Below, one piece after another: positions 58,475 through 64,000 of a stretch of DNA of 64,000 bases. The stretch's first letter is position 1; each line of letters begins with the position of its first letter. Position numbers and translations under genes: made by a program. Under the pieces are notes generated by a model. The model searched no databases. It saw nothing but the letters and a program-made list of their open reading frames with translations, and was not told the DNA's origin. The stretch spans positions 41,854-105,853 of the forward strand of contig JBFWOZ010000005.1 in the NCBI GenBank assembly GCA_050250255.1, given 5' to 3'. This DNA is from Bdellovibrionales bacterium (GTDB taxonomy: Bacteria > Bdellovibrionota > Bdellovibrionia > Bdellovibrionales > DASUEL01).

Positions 58475-59286
58475 TTAAAGTAGTAAGAAAGCCCAATCAT
58501 GAAAATCGCCGTATGATTAAATTTTGTACGACGAACTTCGCTCGCAACTCGGGCATTCTTTATTTCTTCGTTGAAAAGTCTGTTTTTTAAATCTACCCGT
58601 AGTGCGAAGTGCTGACTTAAAAAATAGTGTTGAGCTACATCGAGAGCGAGAGTAGGTGCGGTCTTCGAAGTTGCCGTTTCATACAAATATTGTTGCTCAT
58701 AACGAGTTAAACCCGCACCTATTGTAAAAGACATATCAAAATAAATGATCTGCTTTTCTAAAAGGCTGAGCTTTGCATAGATAGGAATCCACGTATAAGC
58801 GAGTCCATAGTAGGATTTTATTTTATTGTGATCCGGAACTGCCGTGTAGGTGTTCACGAATTCATCCGTCAGCGCTGTGTTCTTGGAGTCTAAGTTAATA
58901 TAGTTCAGCTCCAAACCATGTCTTTCACTAAAGTAGTAGTTCACCGCTAAACTGTAGGTCACCGCTTTGCTGTAAGGGTCGCTTAAGAGTGAGCCGAGCG
59001 AAGGCGTGATCGCTATTTTATTCGCTTTCGTATAGGTTCTGTTTTGTACCACTTGGAATTCCGTATCTTTAGGAATCCAGTATTTTTTTTCCAGATCGGT
59101 GATATCCACTTTTTTATCTGTGGCAGCTTCTTTATCGGCACTATCTTTTGCTACCGGTGCCGTCAAAGCCCCCGCATCAACCTTAGGGGTTGAAGACTTA
59201 GGTCTTTGATATTGCTTCGACTGAGCCTGCGCACTCTGTGCGTAACAGAGAGTCGCCAACAAAACGTACTGCGAGAGTGTTCTCAT
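58471..59286 (-). CDS. Outer-membrane beta-barrel, gliding GltA/GltB-like
   Basis: Signal peptide; VVQNRTYTK, W.PIYAKLSLL...IIYFD, terminal GLSYYF. Confidence 0.75.
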   Translation of the reverse strand: MRTLSQYVLLATLCYAQSAQAQSKQYQRPKSSTPKVDAGALTAPVAKDSADKEAATDKKVDITDLEKKYWIPKDTEFQVVQNRTYTKANKIAITPSLGSLLSDPYSKAVTYSLAVNYYFSERHGLELNYINLDSKNTALTDEFVNTYTAVPDHNKIKSYYGLAYTWIPIYAKLSLLEKQIIYFDMSFTIGAGLTRYEQQYLYETATSKTAPTLALDVAQHYFLSQHFALRVDLKNRLFNEEIKNARVASEVRRTKFNHTAIFMIGLSYYFN

Positions 59287-59313
59287 AACGTATCCTCCAA
59301 CTGCCCAGAACTC

Positions 59314-60759
59314 CTAGTTCAGGCTTTTAAACAAAAACGGATAGGTAACCATGACGGATGTTCCTCCCTTTGGAGTAGGAAACTTCCATCGAGCAACACG
59401 CCTCAAAATACATCCTTCAACCATGGCGTTATTTAATGTCGTTGTCCCGATCGATTGTTCTGTCACTGAACCGATAGAGCCAATTGTAAACTTCACTTGT
59501 ACTTTACCCATGAGATTCGGGTTCGCACTGAGGTGTCTTTCGTAGCAGTAGCGAATTTCACCGAGGGATTCTTTGATCACCGCCGCGATCACTTCACGAT
59601 CAAGTCCTCCATCAACGATGCTCTCTTCTTCCAGCATTCCCACTTCGCCAGAGCCCACGCTTCCGACTGCCAACTCTGCACCCGTTGCGTAGCCCTTCGC
59701 GCCTCCAGCCTTACCACCGGTCGCTACGTTAGAAATTTTAAAACCGGTTCCTTGACTGTTCTCAAATTGGCCTTTCATTGTCGAACCGGTGACGACTCCC
59801 CTTGCAGGAGCATCGCTATTTGTGCTTCCTGAAGAAGCCACAAGCGCGGAAGTATTTCCTGCGCGAAGAGCAATTTTTCCGATCAAACTTGAAAGTCCCG
59901 AAGCTTTGATGTTGGAAATGGCTTTCGTTGCGACGGTCACTTTACCAACTCGGGCACCCGCTGTCGGTTTCATCGCTTCACTCACCGTGGAGTTTGTACC
60001 TGCCATACGAGTTTTCACCATTTGAGCGTTTTCACGCTTCTTTTGCATCACTTTGGCGTCATAAATCATTTGGGTCATTTTTGACGGTACAGGTTTGTCC
60101 TTTTCTTTTGGCGTTATTAAAAAACCAAGGGCAAAAAGGAAAAACATAAAACCAGCTACGGGGATAAAGGCTCGACCTAATTCTCGATCGAATTCTACTT
60201 TATCTTTTTGAATAGGCTCAGGCAGTTGCATCAAACGCTGATGAACTTCAAAAGCACCATACTTAGTAATAGTCCACTCACTGTTTTTTGCCGGTTGAAG
60301 TTCAATCACCTCTCCATTTAGAGTGTGTTGAAATTTTTCATGTGGAGCTAATGAGAAAGTCTGTGTGACTCGCCCGTGATAAATGAGCACCACCTCTTGG
60401 CTGTTTGTTGCACCACGAGTCATCGGAGCATGAGAATATAATTTTACCACTTCTTCACGCGGCACTAGGCGTAAAATGTGCTCGCCAAGTTGCACTTGCA
60501 CTTCTTTATTGCAGGAAAAATCGGTGATGTTCTCGCCATTGATTTTGGTGCCATGAGCGCTGCCAAGATCGTAAATCTTCCAACCTTCACTTGTATGCTC
60601 AATCAGCGCATGTATACCGCTAATCTCTGTTCCGTGAAGGCGGAGCTGAGATCCACGACCCGAGCCTATAAGTAGTTTCTTGCGATTCGTATGTAAACGA
60701 ATGCCTTTTAAAAACCGGCCCTTATATTTATGTTCAATGAACAATTCTCTACAACCCAT
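59314..60759 (-). CDS. FHA + TM + TonB_C (AgmX/PglI C-terminal) protein, GltG-like
   Basis: IGSG, ISGIHALI, YDLGSAHGTKING FHA-like; single TM; GGLDREVI...IRYCYER.L..NP.L.GKV.VKF.I...CI......WKFP.PKGG..V.VTYPF. Confidence 0.85.
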   Translation of the reverse strand: MGCRELFIEHKYKGRFLKGIRLHTNRKKLLIGSGRGSQLRLHGTEISGIHALIEHTSEGWKIYDLGSAHGTKINGENITDFSCNKEVQVQLGEHILRLVPREEVVKLYSHAPMTRGATNSQEVVLIYHGRVTQTFSLAPHEKFQHTLNGEVIELQPAKNSEWTITKYGAFEVHQRLMQLPEPIQKDKVEFDRELGRAFIPVAGFMFFLFALGFLITPKEKDKPVPSKMTQMIYDAKVMQKKRENAQMVKTRMAGTNSTVSEAMKPTAGARVGKVTVATKAISNIKASGLSSLIGKIALRAGNTSALVASSGSTNSDAPARGVVTGSTMKGQFENSQGTGFKISNVATGGKAGGAKGYATGAELAVGSVGSGEVGMLEEESIVDGGLDREVIAAVIKESLGEIRYCYERHLSANPNLMGKVQVKFTIGSIGSVTEQSIGTTTLNNAMVEGCILRRVARWKFPTPKGGTSVMVTYPFLFKSLN

Positions 60760-60762
60760 ATT

Positions 60763-61026
60763 TTACCTTATGTAATCCGCGGAGCCTTTAATGTTGTTTT
60801 CAAACTTCTGTCTCACATTATAGAGAGGAGCGAAGTCCACCCCCCTTTTCTGTACGAGATACGCGCCGTAGGGATTTCTGCGCACGCCATCCACATCATC
60901 TCCATCAAAAGAGACTTCTTGAGTCTTTCGGTATTTCACTTTCTTTTTCTTCTCTTGTTCTGCGCTGGCAGTAGAGAGAGTCAGTGAAAACGCTAACAGA
61001 GTTAAAACCGAGAAAATGCTTTTCAT
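60763..61026 (-). CDS. Small secreted gliding protein GltF/CglF-like
   Basis: Signal peptide; V.YRK...VSFDGDDVDG....P; position between GltE- and GltG-like genes. Confidence 0.7.
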   Translation of the reverse strand: MKSIFSVLTLLAFSLTLSTASAEQEKKKKVKYRKTQEVSFDGDDVDGVRRNPYGAYLVQKRGVDFAPLYNVRQKFENNIKGSADYIR

Positions 61027-61955
61027 CGCTTCATCTCCTTCTCTTTCATAGGAACTTGAGCCGAAGAAACCGCCGGTAAACGACCTTTATTCTCTAAAAA
61101 CTGAATTTTCTGATCAATTTCACTCACCGATGGTGTCTTTATATTTTCACGAGAAACTTTACGACGTATTTGTATATAAATATTGAGTGCGTTGACTTTA
61201 TCATTGAGGAGAGTCTCATAAATGTAAGCCTGACGAAGCTTGAAGTCGATTTTCTCAGGATAATAAGACACTGCTCTCTGAAGAGTTTCGAGCGCTCCCA
61301 CATAATCTTTTCTTTGGAGACGGCTCTCAGCTAACCCCGATAGCGCTAAGATGTGAGTAGGCTTCGCCTTCAGTACTGAGTAAAAGTACTCTGAAGCTTT
61401 GTCATATTCCTGATCACGAAAATGTACTTGTCCTAAAAACAGAATCGCATCAACAATGCTGAAATCCATTTCGAGAGACTTTGTGACGAGTGTTACAGCC
61501 TCTCCATAATTCTTTTCTGCCCAGAGAAGGCGACCTTTTTGATAAAAAAGAATACCGTATGAGGGATTCTTCTTAATCGCTAAATCGATATACCAAAGAG
61601 CCTTAGGAAATTCTTTTTTACCCTCAGCTGCAAGACTGAGAAAGTAGCTACCCCAAGGTTGGAAAGGTTCTTTCTGCGAAAGCGTCTGCGCTGTCTCTTC
61701 GAGACGATCCCAACTTTGATTTTTTACGCAAGAACTAGAAATTTGTACGAGGTCCTTCCAGCCTTTACGTGAGAAGTCCGTTGAAGATCTTGGGCAAAGC
61801 GAGGCGCTCACATGATCCAGATCTACAGAGATCGCAGGAATTTTCACGGCTTTACCTGGTGTATAAGCCATCTTTGTTCCTGTTGAACAACCAAGAGAGA
61901 GTAATGCAAGTGTGGCAAATAGAGTTTGTTTTTTGATCGTTCGTCTTTGTATCAC
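61023..61955 (-). CDS. TPR lipoprotein, GltE/AglT-like
   Basis: Lipobox SLGC; tandem TPRs; operon position. Confidence 0.7.
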   Translation of the reverse strand: MIQRRTIKKQTLFATLALLSLGCSTGTKMAYTPGKAVKIPAISVDLDHVSASLCPRSSTDFSRKGWKDLVQISSSCVKNQSWDRLEETAQTLSQKEPFQPWGSYFLSLAAEGKKEFPKALWYIDLAIKKNPSYGILFYQKGRLLWAEKNYGEAVTLVTKSLEMDFSIVDAILFLGQVHFRDQEYDKASEYFYSVLKAKPTHILALSGLAESRLQRKDYVGALETLQRAVSYYPEKIDFKLRQAYIYETLLNDKVNALNIYIQIRRKVSRENIKTPSVSEIDQKIQFLENKGRLPAVSSAQVPMKEKEMKR

Positions 61956-64000
61956 GACTCACCACCCAAGATGTATGGAGCAACCGCATCAGGCGCCTTA
62001 ATATCTGTAGGCGCAATGACAGAAGTTCCAAGATTAATCGCATTTAAATCAATTTGAATTTTAGCAATGGTCCCGTCGCGAAGATTAAATCTTTTCGCCT
62101 GTTGGACCGCTTGAGCAAGAGTTTCTACGGCTTTATCTTCCATAGGTACGATGACTTTTTCTAATTCTTCCTGGAGAGCCGCCATCTCATGCTTTGGAAG
62201 CGCTTTCGTAAAACGTAAGTTACGAATTTGTTTTACATAGTGATCGTAGCAGAGGCCTAATTCGCGCATTGCTAAAACCGACTTTTGAGGATCGCCGTAG
62301 CGAATCACTTCTTGATAAGCACTGAGCACCTTTTCTAGCTTTTCGGTTTTAATTTTTAATAAAAATGAAAGCTTTTCTGGAGTGGTTACAATGCTCTGAT
62401 TTTTAAATTCCATTTCTAGAATTTGGGCTTGTAAGTAGCGAGCCGTTGCCAATGTCTTTGGAGTATTTCGTTTATCGCTGAGAACTTCGGCGGCCTCTTG
62501 AAAGACTTGTCTATATTGGCCAGCCTGAAAAGCGTTCTGAAGACGGCCCGTTATCACCTCTCCATAGAAAGGCTCATAACGTCGCTCCATCACTTTTCGC
62601 TCCATGGATTCAATGGCCTTATGATTCTTTGTCGCTTTTTCTATAGCCAGGAGCTTCGTGACCGCATTGAAAGAAAAATTTTGGTCTTTCGAGTTAATCA
62701 ATTTTTGGTAGCCAATGCGAGCACGAGCATAATCTCCCTCAAGATAGCGGAAATCAGAAGATAATGCGGTCCATTTTTCAGAAGAAGCGCTATCGACTTG
62801 AGCTAAATCTTCTAGCACATCTGCTGCGGACTTAATCATGCCTAAGAATTCAAATGTTTGAGCGGATTTAATAAGAGCTTCTTTTGCTTTTTCAGAACGT
62901 GGGAACATTTTATAGAAGCGATGCCCATCGGTTGCTGCCTGCGCTAAACGATTTGTTTTGTAATCTAGTTGAACGGCGTTCCACATAGCTTTGTCAGAAA
63001 GATTGGAACCTACGTTTTCTTTAGCAAACTCTTTATAAGACTGAGAAGCTTCGGCGAGGTCACCCTTTTCTTCCATTTGTTGAATGCTTGCAAAGTAAGA
63101 TTCGTGATAAATCTTTTGAAGTTTAGCTTTACGAGCAGCAACCGTCGTCTTTTTCATCCATTCGTAGGAGTACTTTTTGATCTCACCGAAGGATTTTTTG
63201 ACGTTCAAAATGTCGAGGTAAAGATCCTGGGCTTTTAATGTCTTTTCATCCGTTGAGTTGTGAAGAGCGATTTCTTTAAATTGAGTGCCTGCTTCGTCAT
63301 AACGACCCTTTTCATAAGCGATAAAGGCGCGTTTAAAACGAATTTCCTGAACGTAAGGTCCCTTAGTCTGCTCACTGACATATTTTTTGGCATAACTGAC
63401 AAATGTTTTCTCGTCGGCATCGCTCCATTCTTTCTTGGATTCTCCCTCAACGGCTTTTTCAATACTTACGATTGCAGAATAGAGGCTATCATGCTGAGCT
63501 TTTTTCACCTTCGTCAATTCAGCAACAAGTGAATATTTAGAGCTCGCCTGGCGAAACTTTTTTCTTTGATAGAGAAGATCTGCCAAAGCGTAAAGCCCTT
63601 TAATATACTTCTCTTCGTCGGAGACTTGATCTTTATGCTGTTCTAAAAATAAATCGTAAGTTTGTTCTGCCGAATCAGCCAACACGACCTGACTACGATC
63701 TTTCATCCACATTTTATGCCACTTCGTTGCCAGGAGAGCCGTAATCCCGGAAAGAAGCTTTCCACAATCCACGTCGTTTTCAACGGTGGTTTTTTGGAAT
63801 CTTTCGCACACTTTGCTCAAACGCTTCATTTCTTCCACTGCGGCTACACGATTACGAGTCAGCTCGTAGTTGTTAATCAACTCGTGATGGGCCTTAGGGC
63901 GCTCTTTTGAGTCGGGTAACTTCTGGATGTATTCATTAAGTACAATTTGTAGATCTGCATGTTTGCTATGGTGAGAATACAGACCGGCCAATTTTAATAA
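61952..64000 (-). CDS. Large TPR protein, GltD/AgmU-like (5' end outside window)
   Basis: Frame open to the window edge; many TPRs; C-terminal Y..VIRYG.P....A...LG.CY and ELEK...PMEDKAVE typical of the family. Confidence 0.72.
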   Translation of the reverse strand, partial: LLKLAGLYSHHSKHADLQIVLNEYIQKLPDSKERPKAHHELINNYELTRNRVAAVEEMKRLSKVCERFQKTTVENDVDCGKLLSGITALLATKWHKMWMKDRSQVVLADSAEQTYDLFLEQHKDQVSDEEKYIKGLYALADLLYQRKKFRQASSKYSLVAELTKVKKAQHDSLYSAIVSIEKAVEGESKKEWSDADEKTFVSYAKKYVSEQTKGPYVQEIRFKRAFIAYEKGRYDEAGTQFKEIALHNSTDEKTLKAQDLYLDILNVKKSFGEIKKYSYEWMKKTTVAARKAKLQKIYHESYFASIQQMEEKGDLAEASQSYKEFAKENVGSNLSDKAMWNAVQLDYKTNRLAQAATDGHRFYKMFPRSEKAKEALIKSAQTFEFLGMIKSAADVLEDLAQVDSASSEKWTALSSDFRYLEGDYARARIGYQKLINSKDQNFSFNAVTKLLAIEKATKNHKAIESMERKVMERRYEPFYGEVITGRLQNAFQAGQYRQVFQEAAEVLSDKRNTPKTLATARYLQAQILEMEFKNQSIVTTPEKLSFLLKIKTEKLEKVLSAYQEVIRYGDPQKSVLAMRELGLCYDHYVKQIRNLRFTKALPKHEMAALQEELEKVIVPMEDKAVETLAQAVQQAKRFNLRDGTIAKIQIDLNAINLGTSVIAPTDIKAPDAVAPYILGGES

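Noticed and set aside
111..63910. The many short ORFs overlapping recognised genes on other frames or strands
   Set aside because: No RBS or motifs, and fully explained as shadow ORFs of the annotated genes.

Overview
A 64 kb chromosomal segment from a predatory bacterium of the Bdellovibrionota type. This assignment is inferred from the short 277-aa flagellin, the Glt/Agl gliding cluster, a complex I operon lacking its membrane subunits, a DUF222-like HNH gene and many secreted hypothetical proteins. Housekeeping blocks: pyrF-proS, an ntrYX-like two-component system, riboflavin genes, clpB, xerC-gmhB, recO-mgtE, ugd/uxs/wcaJ/GT4 glycan genes, nuoB-CD-E-F-G-I, and a gliding-motility operon running off the right edge. 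Four things stand out. (1) Directly behind the canonical nuoB-CD-E-F-G-I run, and translationally coupled to it, lies a second, highly diverged but intact 'Q-module' (NuoB'-NuoC'-NuoD'-NuoI'). It keeps all Fe-S ligands but has lost the quinone-site His/Tyr, has no complete NiFe motif, and is followed by an IscS-fold-like protein that appears to keep the catalytic Cys but lack the PLP lysine motif. (2) A 3.5 kb accessory tract behind the flagellin holds three single-gene units (a secreted protein, a secreted Fic-like protein and an HNH nuclease) bounded by duplicated hairpin/terminator sequences. One repeat is complementary to the flagellin ribosome-binding region, and one copy is fused to 15 bp of the flagellin 5' end. 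(3) An operon encodes two CsgG/FlgT-like envelope proteins, one with a catalytically dead subtilisin-like domain, plus a 5'-nucleotidase. (4) Sigma-28-like promoters and a TCTCA-N3-TGAGA palindrome recur upstream of several genes. No rRNA, tRNA or CRISPR array was seen. All family assignments come from motif recognition by eye; no database searches were run.
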